The position numbers and the translations under genes were made by a program. From Octopus vulgaris (lineage: Eukaryota), in contig OX597828.1 of assembly GCA_951406725.2 (NCBI GenBank), forward strand, positions 33,480,001 to 33,544,000: a stretch of DNA of 64,000 nucleotides. The letters are read 5' to 3'. Shown piece after piece: positions 1-14,855 of the stretch. The notes below the pieces were generated by a model, which did no database searches, was not told the origin of the DNA, and worked only from the letters and a program-made list of their open reading frames with translations. The stretch's first letter is position 1. Every line of letters begins with the position of its first letter.

Positions 1-865
1 TGTTACGTGATATATGTACATTCACAAGCATGCATACATACACATATAAACATTCATTTATACACATAGATGTATAACTTTTAATAGTTACTTACAATTA
101 CTGTTGATGTTACTTACAAGATGTTTCACGTGGACATTATTCCAGTTTGTATTCGGCTTCTTCAGACTATCAAATATGATATTCAGATGATAAACTAATT
201 CAAGAAGCGAAGAAACTACTCAGCACTTAGTCAGGAGTCTATTGATTATTTAAGCTCTAATGCCAGTTTCACGCGACTGCAATCGTCAAGCGAATTCTGA
301 GTTTTGGTCACTCTGACATGAAACTAAAGTTGAAAGAGAATTAATTTTATTTAGATAACATATACCATGCACTTAGTAGCGCTGTGAATTAATCTGTGTG
401 ATATATTAAAAGCCTGTTTTTTTAGAATAAAAGGTAATATATCAGTAAGGCATTATTCCAAAACCGGGTTTCAAATTCCGGTTGAAGCTAAGTGTACAAG
501 TCTAATCAATTCCGCCTCACAAACCTTTACGAAACATCACGTAAAAATATGGGACTTTTGTAACACAGCCAATCATTGATAATAACTACAGGAGATATAT
601 TATTACGCTATATTAAAATTTTGTTAACGTTTCATGCATGATTGAAAGTAATCGCGGATTAACATATTTCCATCACTGCTCATTAAATTCAGGAACAATA
701 ACTCTTAAATTTATTTTTAGCTTAGATCAACGTTATTTCCACAAGTACAGCAACCGTTATTCATTTGTTTTATTACAACAACAAAGAAAAAGAAACACAG
801 AAATAACAATTAATAACAACTGCTTGTAGTACAGCTGCTGCCACCATTTTTTATTAATGATAAGT

Positions 866-911
<46 letters not shown>

Positions 912-1149
912 TAATAATAATAGCAGTAATAGTAATAACAACAATAACAATGATAATAACTGTAACAGTAATAACAACAACAACAACAACAAGAATAATA
1001 CTAATGATAAAATTATAACGACCAGAGCAATACAATATTTAAGTTTTATTTTTACATTAACAGTCGTCACCATTGCCATCATTCTCATCTCTTTCATCAC
1101 TTTTACATCATCCTCATCACCATCCTTCTCCTCCTCCTCCTCCTCCTCC

Positions 1150-1288
<139 letters not shown>

Positions 1289-1305
1289 CATTATTATTAT
1301 TATTA

Positions 1306-1372
<67 letters not shown>

Positions 1373-1998
1373 CATTATTATTATTATTATTGAAGTGAAT
1401 TGAATTGGTTTCAAATGCATTTCATTGCTTTTACCATTCAATGGGTTTGCTCAATGTGAAACTGTAGAGTTTTTCAGAAACAACCGGAAGATTCTAGAAA
1501 GGCTTGTGACCCAATCACTATAAAAACATATTAACGGACGCTGGTTGCGCTTGGCGAATGAAACTTTTACAGTCATGCTTGAAAGCGTTTGGCTTTTAGT
1601 CAATTTAGGTCCAAAAATCTATTTAGGGGATGCCGGTAAAATTTTAATGTACGCATTTGTTATTTTACCTCTATCTTGATTGCTTTCGATGTCTCGAAAA
1701 TTTTTGCTACGTTCTTATAGTATTTTTGCTGGGTGGGTGGGTGGGTAGGTAGCCATTTCCCATTGATAACCAACGCCCACAGACACACTATACACACACA
1801 CAAACACACACACATATATATATGCATATATACAAATATATGTGTATGTCTGACTGCGTATTTATATGTGTGTATATATATATATATATATTGTATCCAT
1901 ACATGTATATATACACAAGTATTATATACATATATACATATATATATGCATGTGTATGTATACGTGTGTGTATGTATACATTTATATGTAAATATATG

Positions 1999-2034
<36 letters not shown>

Positions 2035-2673
2035 ATATATACATGTATATATACACAAGTATTATATACATATATACATATATATATATATATGCATGTG
2101 TATGTATACGTGTGTGTATGTATATATTTATATGTAAATATATGTAAATATATATATATATATATAGGAATGTATGTATAACTATGTGTTTATGTAGTTG
2201 TAGTGTACGTCTATGGCTGTACGTTTGTTTTCATTTCATATTGTAACCTGATCCGGTTTTGTTCCTTTCACATTTGTAACAAAACGGAAAGGTGCAGAGT
2301 AAATAACTCGGTCCGTTTGAAATCAATTAACACTGGTGTATGTAGCTACACATTAATAGTTTCAATGGCAAGACATGCCAGAATCTGTATTATGGGTCGG
2401 CTCTTTCATCTATGATCTTTCAACAATATCGGAGTAATAATGTACAGCAGCTAAAAATTGTACATTAGTCGAATTATATGTCTGCAAATCTTTATATTTC
2501 CAAAAAGCCCGCCCAGGAGTGCAGATCACACATTCATGCACATATGCAGACACACGCGCATCTAAGCTATGCATATATATATATATATATTAGTATATAT
2601 ATTTACAGGCACATGTATACACCCACATATATATACGTATGTATGTATGTATGTTTATATATATACATATATA

Positions 2674-2787
<114 letters not shown>

Positions 2788-4628
2788 GTGTGTGTGCGTT
2801 TGTATGAACGTATATGTATTTGTGTGTTACTGCCAACGTATCTATGTGTTTGTGTTGTCTTTTTTTGAAATAATGACCATTAGATTTCTATAGAACTAAC
2901 TACACAATGGAATAAATTTTTCCTTTTGCGATAAAAGGAAATGATAGATATAGTAAATGATACAAAGGACAAAAGGACTGGCACTCGTACAACAAAAGGT
3001 AGCAAATACTAACTTTTCCATTTCCCAAATTAAAGCCAAGGTGATTGCGATTCTTCACTTCGCTAGTCTCAATATGTTTTCCAGCGTTACATTCTGAATA
3101 ACACGTCGACATTTAATAGCGCCTATTGTGAAGTATCATTGTCTATCAGCCAGCAGCAAACGGTAACAGCAGCAAGCGCGACCGACTTTGTTCCGATTTG
3201 TATATTGAAGGGTTTTATAAAGAAAAACAAAATATTATTTTTAAAATCACTTTTAAAGGTAGTTCCTGAATGAATAAAATGCAAATATTCTGGGGGTTAT
3301 TTTGCTTTGAGGGAATAACAATAATAATAATAATAATAATTTAAAGCATTAAAATAGGGTGAGAAATGTGTAAAGGCGAAATATTTTTCCTCATTTGTTG
3401 GTTTCGTATCACTTACTACAGGAAAGGAAAATTCTGTGATCCTTTCGCAGGGCTTCAGGCACCACTGGAAGGAAAAGTTGGTTATCCTCCAACGGGAGAT
3501 CAAGCACGAATGCCTGCTATAAGAATTGTGTGGAGGTAGTGTTAGGCAGATTACAACATCTGTTATATAATTAAGAGTCTTTATTGTATAATATTAGTAT
3601 TTTATTATCAATGGTTCTTACTGAATCGACCCCAGATCATTAAAAGTTAGCATTGTCTGTTCTCCATTAGACTTTATTGTTGGCTCATTAAACAGACTAA
3701 ACTAACTACTATATCTGCTTCGACAATTTCTTGTTTTGAGGTATAATACGATAAGTAGCTTTAGTATTTCGAAGAAAATGTGTATAGCTGGGAATATGAT
3801 TGATTAAATCACTTTACTTTAGTAATATACCAGTCGACGTCAAATTCCAGGAAAAATTAACTTTACAAAAAAAGACAGGTAACTAAATTCCGTAAAGCAT
3901 TTTGTTCAACAATTGACTGCTTGTGCAACTCTGACCAGCTTCTTTGAGACAATGATATTGATTCCTTACATTGGTATAAGAACAATGCTTTGAATTAATC
4001 CCGGGTTTTGACTGATATTTAACATATCGATTTCAAAAGACGATCAGTATTTTTGACTCACTTCAAGTTCTCTATTCAGCTTGTAATGGGACAAACTTCA
4101 GCGCTGTAAATGTTTTCATCTAGCGGTTTACTGTATAAGTTACTACGCTGTAACTTCAGTGACTAGTATAAGAGAGTTAGTATTAGTCCAGTATCCTGGA
4201 CCAATACTACCAGTAAGTACTTATACTAATTACCGACAAGCATTATACTTAAGTGTAGCACTTAGCAGGTTCTGAACCAGTGGTTCTTGAAAATAAGAAT
4301 TATTTCTCGTATTCAAAACAAGGTTATGCATTTGTTTGATTTGGGTTGGGATTTAATCGAATGAATCAACCTCATTATATGCCTGGTGCATATTTAAAGA
4401 AGCTACAGTAATATAAAAGGTAGTTGAACACGAAATATAAAAGATGGCTTCTTTAATTCGAACAAGATATTAAGTCGAACGCTGATGTCTTTGCTACTAT
4501 TTTGTCTCTTTCGGAAAATAATGATTTCCTACAACACAAAGATCCACCAAAGAAAAACAAGCAGACTACTTCATATTTATGTACGTGTGTGTGTGTATAC
4601 ATATATATACATATATGTATATATATAC

Positions 4629-4695
<67 letters not shown>

Positions 4696-4893
4696 GAGAG
4701 AAAGAAAGAGACAGAGACATACAAACAGACAAACAGACAAGTTCATAGACTAATAAATGTTTATATTAATGGTCACAGCATAAATTTTGCCCTCGGCTAC
4801 CAAAGATGTCAAATGAAATTTCTGTCCAAGCATTAAAAGGTAACAAATTTCGATTTTATGCCTCAAAGCAATTTAAATGAACAAACGTACGAC

Positions 4894-4997
4894 AACGGTT
4901 ACTGTACATTATTTACATTATTTGCATTTGACGGATAATAATATAAATAATGTATATAATTCCTCATCTCTTAAATATAGAACTGAACGGTTACTGT
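4894..4997. mobile_element. Truncated, 5'-inverted copy of the 3' end of the tRNA/hammerhead element at 31464-32428, with a 12-bp TSD
   Basis: aacggttactgt occurs at 4894-4905 and 4986-4997. Between them: acattattt..catttgacggata (one orientation) then aataatgta.ataattcctcatctcttaaatatagaactg (opposite orientation), both matching 31467-31530. Confidence 0.7.
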
Positions 4998-5226
4998 TTT
5001 CAGAAATTCGCATTGAAACAAAACAAAATGAAGCAACGTGCATTTGTTTCAGACGGTTGATGTTTTTCAAATGCAATATTGTTTCTTATTTGGACGAAAA
5101 AAGAAATGAATTTGTTTTGGCTTTGGGGGGATTTTTCTTTCTCGTTTAACTCTTCAAGGTAACCTGTACTTAAAGGAATGCTTACAAAAGAAATACAAGT
5201 TTTTCTTCTTAGATATGAAACAACAG

Positions 5227-5280
5227 GGAAGCCAGCTACAGCCTTCGGTCAGGTTACAGCGCAGATGCTAAAATAGCGAT
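5227..5280 (+). other. Possible short coding exon (EASYSLRSGYSADAKIA)
   Basis: Strong donor gtaagt at 5281; AG at 5225-5226 after a pyrimidine tract (alternative AG at 5211-5212); 54 bp, one open frame. No homology recognised. Confidence 0.2.
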
Positions 5281-6176
5281 GTAAGTGTGTCTGTGACACG
5301 CATTCCTAGATTTGTCTGATTCTATGTAAACGTAATAAGGTTAACTTTCTAGTTTCCCTTGCCTACAGAAGGAAAGTAATCCGCATGAAATATAATATTT
5401 GAGTTAGTGTTAAGCTATTAAATGCAGTGACCAAAGAGATTCAAATAAATTAAATTGCTCGTACAGCGATGAAAGAAAAAAAACAAAAGCTCAATAAGAA
5501 ATGTTAATCAAATTTTGTCAAGGCAGAACGGCGATAGCGCTTACATTTTATTCTTATAAAATTAGAATTACGCATGCAATTGGGAAACGAAAATACTTTC
5601 TCGAACACCTTGGCAGCCTCAAACATGTTTCGGTCTTTTTAGAGATCTCCAGTGATGTATATTTTCCACTTCTTTATACTTCAAATACGCTTAAGTTTCT
5701 AATACAGGGCCTCATCACAAACACCATAATTTTATACATATGAATATGAAAAGTTTAGGGATTACATTTCGCACAATAAATATATGAAACCTATAGAGCA
5801 GATATATATAGAGGGAAAATTTATCTATCCCTTCGAATATTGAAAAAAACTGTTGAATAGACTTAATTGATTTCCGAAACTTACGAGGTCACATCAGAGG
5901 TGTCTTCATCAGTTTGACCAATCCCAGAGGAACAAGTAATCAACCTGTTTAATATACTCTACAAACTCAGTTGTTACAGAGATCAGGAGCTACTAATTTG
6001 CATTCCGTAAGTTATGAACACTTTATTTAAAAGCAGAAATGTGTCGACCGGAGTCTTAGTCCACCAGTATCAAGGATTGATATAATTTGTAACCTTTGCG
6101 GAACGAAAGGGTTCGAGAAAGGTTTTACAATGTCTTGCTGAACCACCTGCATAGATAATTTGTTTATAAAGGACAA

Positions 6177-6392
6177 ATGATTGAGCTGCACTCTCAAATG
6201 ATAAGCTCACTCTCTATATCAAAACGAAAGTGCCTGTATAGGGTGTACTGTGAGCAACCCGCCAGATTTCGAAGTAACAGTAAAGCACCATGTGGTGAAG
6301 AGTTTTCTTCACGAACAAAACGCAGTTTTCGAGCCGGGAATCGAATCCAGAATCTCGCAACCGCGAATTCAACACCCTAACCACTATGTCAC
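6177..6392 (-). mobile_element. Degenerate tRNA-derived SINE
   Basis: Minus strand shows A box (tagtggttaggg) and B box (gattcgattcc) followed by a body resembling the 60135-60449 family. Confidence 0.55.
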
Positions 6393-7498
6393 AGGCTCCT
6401 TTCCACTGATGGTTTAGCAAAAGTTAGATTAGTTTTCTAAGGCATTGAAAGATTTTAAATATCTGTATTAATAGCTCATCTCGAAATTATAAATTCCAAT
6501 ATCAGAAAATACCCCAGAACTGCATCACCAAGTAGATGATCCCCCTATAACAGACCGAAATGAGGAAGGCAAAGGAACTGCTGACAACCAGACTGAGAAC
6601 CAACTCAGAAGGTTGAATGGGCCTAGGGACACAGTTAAAAAAGGAAGCCCCCGGATTGCTTTGACGGAGGGCGATTGTCGATAGCCTAAGGAATTGATTA
6701 TTGGGAAAGGCTACAAATTTTTAAAGGCAAGATATGTTAACTAATCTAGTATATACCTGGTGAGGCCAGCTGCAATACTGAGCTGGCGAGATTGGAACTC
6801 AGAATGTATACATAACGAGATTATATACTGAAAACCAATTGCTCTGATGTCCATGAGATTCTGCTTTCCTCCAATGAATCACCGAGAAATTCTTTATCGT
6901 TGTTCAATCTGCTAGAAATAATAGTGAAATTTCTCTTGAGTCGCACTTTACTGTCCGTATCGGAACAATGTTTAACACATGGCACCGGAGCAAAAGACAT
7001 AATAGAATGCTTTTAATCATCCTGATGAACTGAAGAAAGACTGACCTGGGGCTAAGCAACTAAAAAGCAATATCAACAGCAACAACAATAACAACAACGA
7101 CGACGACGACAAAAACAACAGCAATTCTTCTCTACAGATACTTTAATCAGTCACTAGCTTAATGAATGGTTCGATCGATAAAGAAAACCTTTTTACGTGA
7201 TGCATTAAAATAAAAGAGTTCAAAAACTGTGTACGTATGACATCAGATGTTTTGTGTTATATCTGTGACTCTATATACGTATGTGTAACTTAAGCTTGTA
7301 CTAAAACTATATTTGATGTTACATGCTGCGCTGAAGGACAGTCGTTATGAAAATGGCTACGTCTTGAAGCTAATAGCTACGAAGGTTTTTAGGTTGTCAA
7401 AATATATAACCCCATTTAGACAAGGTGGCTGAAGAGATATTTCATTAAATGACCCGAAAATGTTTTCGTAAACTTTATGTCTGTCACAATGTTCTGGT

Positions 7499-7650
<152 letters not shown>

Positions 7651-8118
7651 TTGTGTGTGTATGTGTGTGTGTGCATGTGTGTGTGTATCAGTATGTGTAT
7701 GACTGTATAGTGTGTGTAGGTGTGGTGTCTGGGTATGTGTGTGTGTATGGATCTAAGCAAGTATCTATGCACGCACGTAAGTACACTCGCACATATACAC
7801 ATACACACATATACATATATGTGTATGTGAGTGTGTGTGTGTATGTCTGCATATCACAGACACAGTACATCATAAATATGAATAAATGTTCATATGCGTG
7901 CGCGTATGTTTGTAGGCATGTGTGTGTAGATGTGTGCATGCGTGAGTGTGTATGTGAATATGTGTGTGTCTGTCCGTCTGTCAGTGCTGCAATTTTCGAA
8001 GATGCACTAGTAACAAGATAGGAAATATTTTTAATATATTAAAACAACACAATTTATAAAGCAGTATTGCAGTCTTATCTACATAAGTATACATTTATTT
8101 GGATATGTGTATATAAGC

Positions 8119-8194
<76 letters not shown>

Positions 8195-8284
8195 TTACAA
8201 ACACATACTTCAAAACACATATGTATACATATATATTTTCTTGTATATAGAACGATATATGTGTTTATATATATATATGTACAA

Positions 8285-8421
<137 letters not shown>

Positions 8422-8895
8422 TGAATGTGTATACATTCATATACAAAGGATGTTTATGTGCGTCTGAGTGCGTGCCTGCTCGCGTGCGTGTGTATATGTG
8501 TATTAAAACAGAAATAGACTCTGCATTACGTTAGACTGAAACAAGTTTGAATTGGTATTTAAACATGAAAACAAAATATCAACGACGAATTGAGATATAA
8601 GAAACGGGCTAAATATAGATAGATTTACATATATGTCAAAATATAGCTGCTAACGAGAATTCATACCTCAGGAAATCATAATATAATTACGACGATGCAT
8701 TAGAGAAAGTAATTTTTTTAAAATGGTACAGCTAAAGATAAATAAAATTGTTTACATGCATACATACATATGTATATATAAATATATATATATGTACATA
8801 TATATCCGCATCTATATATATATGTATAAATATATATATATATATGTATGTATGTATGCATGTATGTATATATACATATATACATATAATTACAA

Positions 8896-8978
<83 letters not shown>

Positions 8979-9124
8979 ACAAAAAATTCGGAGTTCAACA
9001 TCTCCATTTACAAAAATATATTTTCTTCGAAATATGTGTGCAGGCAAACAGCCAAGCAGGAAAATATTTATATATGTGTGCGTATGTATGTACGTCTGTC
9101 AGAATGTCTATGTATGTATATATT

Positions 9125-9156
<32 letters not shown>

Positions 9157-9159
9157 ATT

Positions 9160-9244
<85 letters not shown>

Positions 9245-9283
9245 GTACATATATAATTATATGTATGCATATATGTATGTGTA

Positions 9284-9332
<49 letters not shown>

Positions 9333-9339
9333 GCATGCA

Positions 9340-9830
9340 TCCTGCCACGTGAACGGTGTTCAGACAGCCATGATCTTTCTCTCTTGGCCTGACTGCCGAC
9401 CGCCAACACCTCTTCTGTCCGTTTACTATGTTCCTGCCTTTAGGCTTTCACTTCATACACGCCAGCTCAATTTGATTAGTTCTCAGTCGAAAGGCACCTG
9501 TTGGTTTATTCTTGTTGTTTGTATTTGTAATTCTGTACTATGTTGTCCACTTTTTTCTTTGTTGCTGTACACATTCGCTAGGTTTCTTAGAAAAAATCTA
9601 ATGCTCTTGGCTTAGACTTTATCAGAGGCAACCAGATCGAACTGTCTCAAGTGTAACTGCCCGAAACGGTAAGGACATCTGGTAACTTGACTGAGGAAAA
9701 GAGGCCACGAATGACCCGTCTTTTTTACCCTCTCATTATCATTGCTGTTTCTCCTGTCCGCCTTTGCATCGTCTTTCTGTGCGAATGTTTTATTGTCCTC
9801 TATTGCATTTTTGTTCCATTTTTTATATTT
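9340..9830. mobile_element. Interspersed repeat inserted in (TA)n; homologous to 62640-63030; possibly Penelope-like
   Basis: Shares gccagct.aattt..tt...c.cagtcgaaag.cacctgtt, aatctaatgctctt.gcttag and cttgactgaggaaa...cgaatgacccgtc with 62640-63030; flanked by (TA)n. Confidence 0.55.
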
Positions 9831-9870
9831 ATATATACATATAGCGGCGTACGTACACACTTGTACACAA

Positions 9871-9950
<80 letters not shown>

Positions 9951-10077
9951 GATGCAACTGACGTGGCGAAAATAACGGAGAGGCTCAAGACCCTCCAGTT
10001 ACGTGCATAGCCAGTTAGCAATGCACAAAACTCTCGGTCTGTGAATCACTCTCTTACTTCTGCCGACTATAAATAAA

Positions 10078-10128
<51 letters not shown>

Positions 10129-10155
10129 GTTGTTGTTGTTGTTGTTGTTGTTTTT

Positions 10156-10187
<32 letters not shown>

Positions 10188-10188
<1 letters not shown>

Positions 10189-10351
10189 GCCGAGGTCGAT
10201 TTTGCCTTTCATTATTTCGGGTTCGATAAATTAAGTACCAGTTATGCACTGGAGTCGATGTAATCGACTTAATCCCTTTGTCTGTTCTTGTTTGTCCCCT
10301 CTATGTTCAGCCCCTTGTGGGCAATAAAAATAAATGAATAAATAAATAAAA

Positions 10352-10402
<51 letters not shown>

Positions 10403-10695
10403 GTTGTTGTTGTTGTTGTTGTTGTTGTTATCATCATCAACCTCTTCTTCATCATCATTATCATCTTCATCATCATTATCATCCTCATCATCATTATCAT
10501 CCTCATCATCATCCTCATCACCATCATCATCATCGCCGAGGTCGACTTGCCTTTCATCCTTTCGGGGTCGATAAATTAAGTACCAGTTACGCACTGGGGT
10601 CGATGCAATCGACTTAATCCCTTTGTCTGTTCTTGTTTGTCCCCTCTATTTTCAGCCCCTTGTGGGCAATAAAAATAAATAAATAAATAAATAAA
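10188..10695 (+). mobile_element. Two tandem 5'-truncated Meta-domain-like SINE copies in (ATT/ATC)n
   Basis: cgccgaggtcga..ttgcctttcat..tttcggg.tcgataaattaagtaccagtta at 10188 and 10533, both with an almost identical tail ending gccccttgtgggcaataaaaataaat. Confidence 0.75.
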
Positions 10696-10719
10696 AACTA
10701 TTATTATTACTTTTATCAT

Positions 10720-11345
10720 TATTATTTCTCTTTATCACAGGTTGTGTTGGAGCTCCTGGATTCTGACATGCATAGCGGGATTACTACCTGCAGTCTACGG
10801 TACCATGCTATCCATTCTTTTCGTGTATACTTTCCTGATTATTGTGGCCTTGCCAAGGAGGCAAACCTTCTATAGCAGTTCTACTAGGCACTCTATTCCA
10901 ATTTCCTTTATATTCCCCTTCATGCCTTCTGACACTGTTCCCAAAGACCCAATAATAATTGGTACTATCTTCACTTCCTTCATTTTCCATAGGCGGGCTA
11001 TTTCGTACTTAAAAGGGTTGTATCTATCTATCTTTTCGCTTTCCTTCTTGACTATTCGTGGGTCAAAGGCACATGCAACATCAACTATGTAGCATATGTG
11101 GTGCGCCTTGTTCACCACCATTTGGTCCGGGCTGCTAGGCTCTAGCACCCGATCTGTTTGCATTTGGGAAATCCCAGAGGATTTTGCTAGTCTCTGACTC
11201 TGCCAGTCCTAGCTGTCTGTGCTCATACCACGTCTTGCCACTCTTTAACACCCATTTTCACACCACTGGAGAACTTTTGCTACTTGATCATGTCGCCACA
11301 ACCTGTAGTGGTTTGGGGCAAATCCAGAGCAATCGTTCGTGATAT
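10720..11345 (-). mobile_element. Non-LTR retrotransposon fragment, R4/Dong-like, restriction-like endonuclease (RLE) domain
   Basis: Translation gives WRHDQVAKV..., ILWDF, QTDRVLEPSSPD-x-VVNK...IVDVACAFD...KESEKIDRY..KYEIARLW..VKIVPIIIGSLG (PD-(D/E)xK RLE signature). Disrupted frame; 3' end abuts (ATT)n. Confidence 0.85.
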
Positions 11346-11418
11346 GGGCAACTATTATCATCATTACTATCATTATTATACGTATATATGTATATATGCA
11401 CATATGTGTGTATGTGTG

Positions 11419-11466
<48 letters not shown>

Positions 11467-11560
11467 AGAGTTTTATTTATAAGTTTGTCTCACCAATCCT
11501 ATACATATATATATATACATATAAGTATATATGTATGTGTGTATGTATAGACACATACAT

Positions 11561-11596
<36 letters not shown>

Positions 11597-11794
11597 AAAA
11601 ACAAAAGACGAAGACAGGTGGTGTACAAAACAAACAGATGTATTAGTATAACGCTCAGTAATAGAAAAAAGTATTTTACGTTTCGAGCCTGCGCGCATGT
11701 ATATGTAGAAAGCTGTTCACTTTTTTCTATCATTGAACTACAGCTTTCTGGAACGCTGCATTTTAAACCTATATGTATTTGTGTGTGCGTGTAC

Positions 11795-11840
<46 letters not shown>

Positions 11841-12268
11841 CAATTATTTTAAATCTCTAAGCGAGAGATATGCAGTAACAGCACCGAATTGTAAACTTTA
11901 TATCCCAACAGACTGTGGGAGTCCTATCGAGAACAGCATATATATATATATATATGATAGAAGATAGAGAGAGGTTGAGGTTGGTAGAGCAAGATGTTTT
12001 GAAGTTCTCAGAGTCAGTCTGAATGCTAAAGTGCAATATCTTATAGTAAGAACAGGAGGAGATATTTGAGAACTTAATGCGAAAGTATTGTATTCACCGT
12101 AATGAATGCATCTTTTAAATTCTTTTCAATATCTTTTACTACTGTGTACAATTACAGTTCTTTTTATAGAGAAATTCACTCAGACACACACATTTACTCG
12201 TTCATACAAACAGTCATATCAAGCATAGAAGCATACTATAAACTGCTGGATGGACAGCGATGCTGATG

Positions 12269-12305
<37 letters not shown>

Positions 12306-12317
12306 GTATATATTGTA

Positions 12318-12478
12318 CTTTCAGCTCAGAGCTGCGGCCATGCTGTTGCACCGCTGTTTTGCTACACTGTTATTATTGGGAGCCTCCTGTAATATGCGGC
12401 ATTTGGTGAATAAGGGAGTTTGGTGTAGCTACCCTCATTTGCACTGCTTCCCGCGAGGTAGGTTTATCTGGGGCTCTA
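12318..12478 (-). mobile_element. 3' fragment of CR1/L2-like LINE (same family as 14420-14855)
   Basis: Encodes APDKPTSREAVQMRVATPNSL (cf. VPDEPTSRQETRMRAAASNS), followed by tail gcggtgcaacagcatggccgcagctctgagctgaaa. Confidence 0.65.
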
Positions 12479-12482
12479 GAGA

Positions 12483-12580
12483 GGGTCGATAAATTAAGTG
12501 CCAGTTACGTAATGGGGTCGATCCAATCGACTGGCCCCCTCACCAAAAATTTCGGGCCTTGTGCCTAGAGTAGAAAAGAA
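12483..12580 (+). mobile_element. Meta-domain-like SINE 3' fragment
   Basis: ggtcgataaattaagtgccagttacg..ggggtcgat.caatcgactggcccc...aaaatttcgggccttgtgcc matches the family at 38267 and 40734. Confidence 0.65.
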
Positions 12581-12585
12581 ATGTA

Positions 12586-12811
<226 letters not shown>

Positions 12812-12814
12812 CAT

Positions 12815-13200
12815 GTTGTCTTATTGAAAATTTGAGTTACGAATATGCTGTTGTGGGTACAACCAAAATGTTCTTCGTCTATCTCCTTAACTTCTTGGAG
12901 ATTTTAGGTATAATTATACTAATGTGTCCATCTGTTCTAATTTAATTAAATTCTATGTCTTTGCGCAGCTGATTGTTGCCCTACATTTTAAATTGATGTA
13001 ATGATTGCATTGTTCAATTAAATGGAGTTACAGGAGACGATCGTACTGCATTACCTCTAGATATCCTTGTCGCTTAATTTTATTTTAATCACCTTCCTTT
13101 AAAATTGTATGGATAATACCGTACCAAATTCTGGTGCCTCAACTTAAGTACCATATTCATCTCAATCTAAAGTTTTACTGAACTCATCTACCATACATTA
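12815..13200. mobile_element. (TA)n-embedded repeat homologous to 63185-63722 and 49150-49282
   Basis: Shared blocks ctacatt(t)taaattgatgtaatgattgc, acgatcgtactgcat.acctct.gata, and ccaaatt.tggtgcctcaactt.agtacc. Confidence 0.65.
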
Positions 13201-13381
13201 TATGTATATATATATATCGTATAGAGGGCATTTATGTGTAATAATGCCCTCTATACAATATAAATTAATATTTTCAAGTGAAAAAATTATTTTCGAATTT
13301 TTTCTCTTATGAGGTTTTTCACGCTAACTACCTGATGATTTCTTGTTAAGATTCCTTATTAAGAAGTTATCCTTAATTGTT

Positions 13382-13434
<53 letters not shown>

Positions 13435-13746
13435 GAAAAAATGAGTACAGATGGATTTCTTGCGGGATATTTTTTTTTATTTTAATCTTAATGATAATGT
13501 TTACACTGAGTTATATGTCGTATTTCGGAGATTACATGGGTGCTGATTAAGGGACAAGAACCCCCGAGATATAACATACTTATGCTGTAAACTGTGAACA
13601 TTATCATTAAGATTAAAATAAAAAATTATCCTCACAAATAGTACTCATTTTTTTCAAATATATATATTGTACCAAGAACTTACTTTTTATTATTCTACAA
13701 TATGTGTGTGTGCATATGTCAGTGTATATATACTTATATGTGTGTG

Positions 13747-13804
<58 letters not shown>

Positions 13805-14419
13805 TGTATATGCACATCTATACTGATATAAGCCAACGCGCACACACAGATATATATATATATATAGGAATATATGTGTGTGTATGTGTGCGAGCGTGTG
13901 TTTATGTGTGTGTGTATGTGTGTCCATCTGTTTATGTGCGTATGCATGTATACATGCATGCATGAATGTATCAACGTACGAGGAAAATATGTGTGAGCGT
14001 TCGCTGTGTACAGGTATAATGTTATTTCACATAGAAACGTTAAAGGCCAACTATTCTGTTTTTCCCTCAAACAATTTCATGATAAATTGGTTATTTGGGT
14101 CAAATTTCGAAAGACTTGCCTTATGGCTGAACATTGACCTGTGACCTCAAAACATTTGTTTTTCGTCTATGAATATTTCAATGTTATATTTCATATAAAC
14201 TGTCAATTCGGCTGCGCCAATCTTATCTTCATCAATAGTACAAACTCACAATCGCTAAAGATATCAAGAAAACTATAGTTTACCTCGGCCTAAACATAAA
14301 CAAAGTGTGTTTAGAACATCTGAAGACGCTAAAAGTGGGAAGTTTCTCAATTCCACTGGGATTTTTTTTTTTAGAGATCTCACATTTCCAACTCGAAAAA
14401 TCAGCATCTTTTTTGTTAA

Positions 14420-14855
14420 ATCCTTAAATCCTTAAAAATGTTTTAGCCCGAAGGCCGCGGCCATGCTGGGGCACCACCGCTGAATGAGCTACACTAATTT
14501 GTGAATCCACTTCTGATACGTGGGACTTGATCATCAAGGGGAGTTCGATGCTGCTGCCCGCATCCGCGTCTCCTGTCGTGAGGTAGGTTCATCTGGGACT
14601 CCCGACAAGAAGAGATCCAGTTTAGTTTTAAAGAAACCCACATCCACACCATGTAAGTCTCTCAGGCATTTAGGGAGGATGTTAAAGAGCTGTGGTCCTC
14701 TGAAACCCAAGTTGTTGCAGTATCTGGACCTGTATTTTGATGGTGATGTTGGAATCCTTGGCACCATGCTGTGGCGCCCCGTTCTGCGGTTGGGGTAACT
14801 TTGAATGCCAAAGTTTGGGACAAGACCCTCCAGGATTTTCCAGATGTATATCACC
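14420..14855 (-). mobile_element. CR1/L2-like (Jockey superclade) LINE 3' end: ORF2 C-terminus plus stem-loop tail and short tandem terminal repeat
   Basis: IYIWKILEGLVPN...GPQLFNILPKCLRD...FKTKLDLFLSGVPDEP; tail gcggtggtgccccagcatggccgcggccttcgggctaaaac then (ttaaggat)n. Confidence 0.8.

Noticed and set aside
113-170. Hammerhead on minus strand (CTGAAGA...GAAAC)
   Set aside because: Stems I and II do not pair convincingly; at most a decayed copy.
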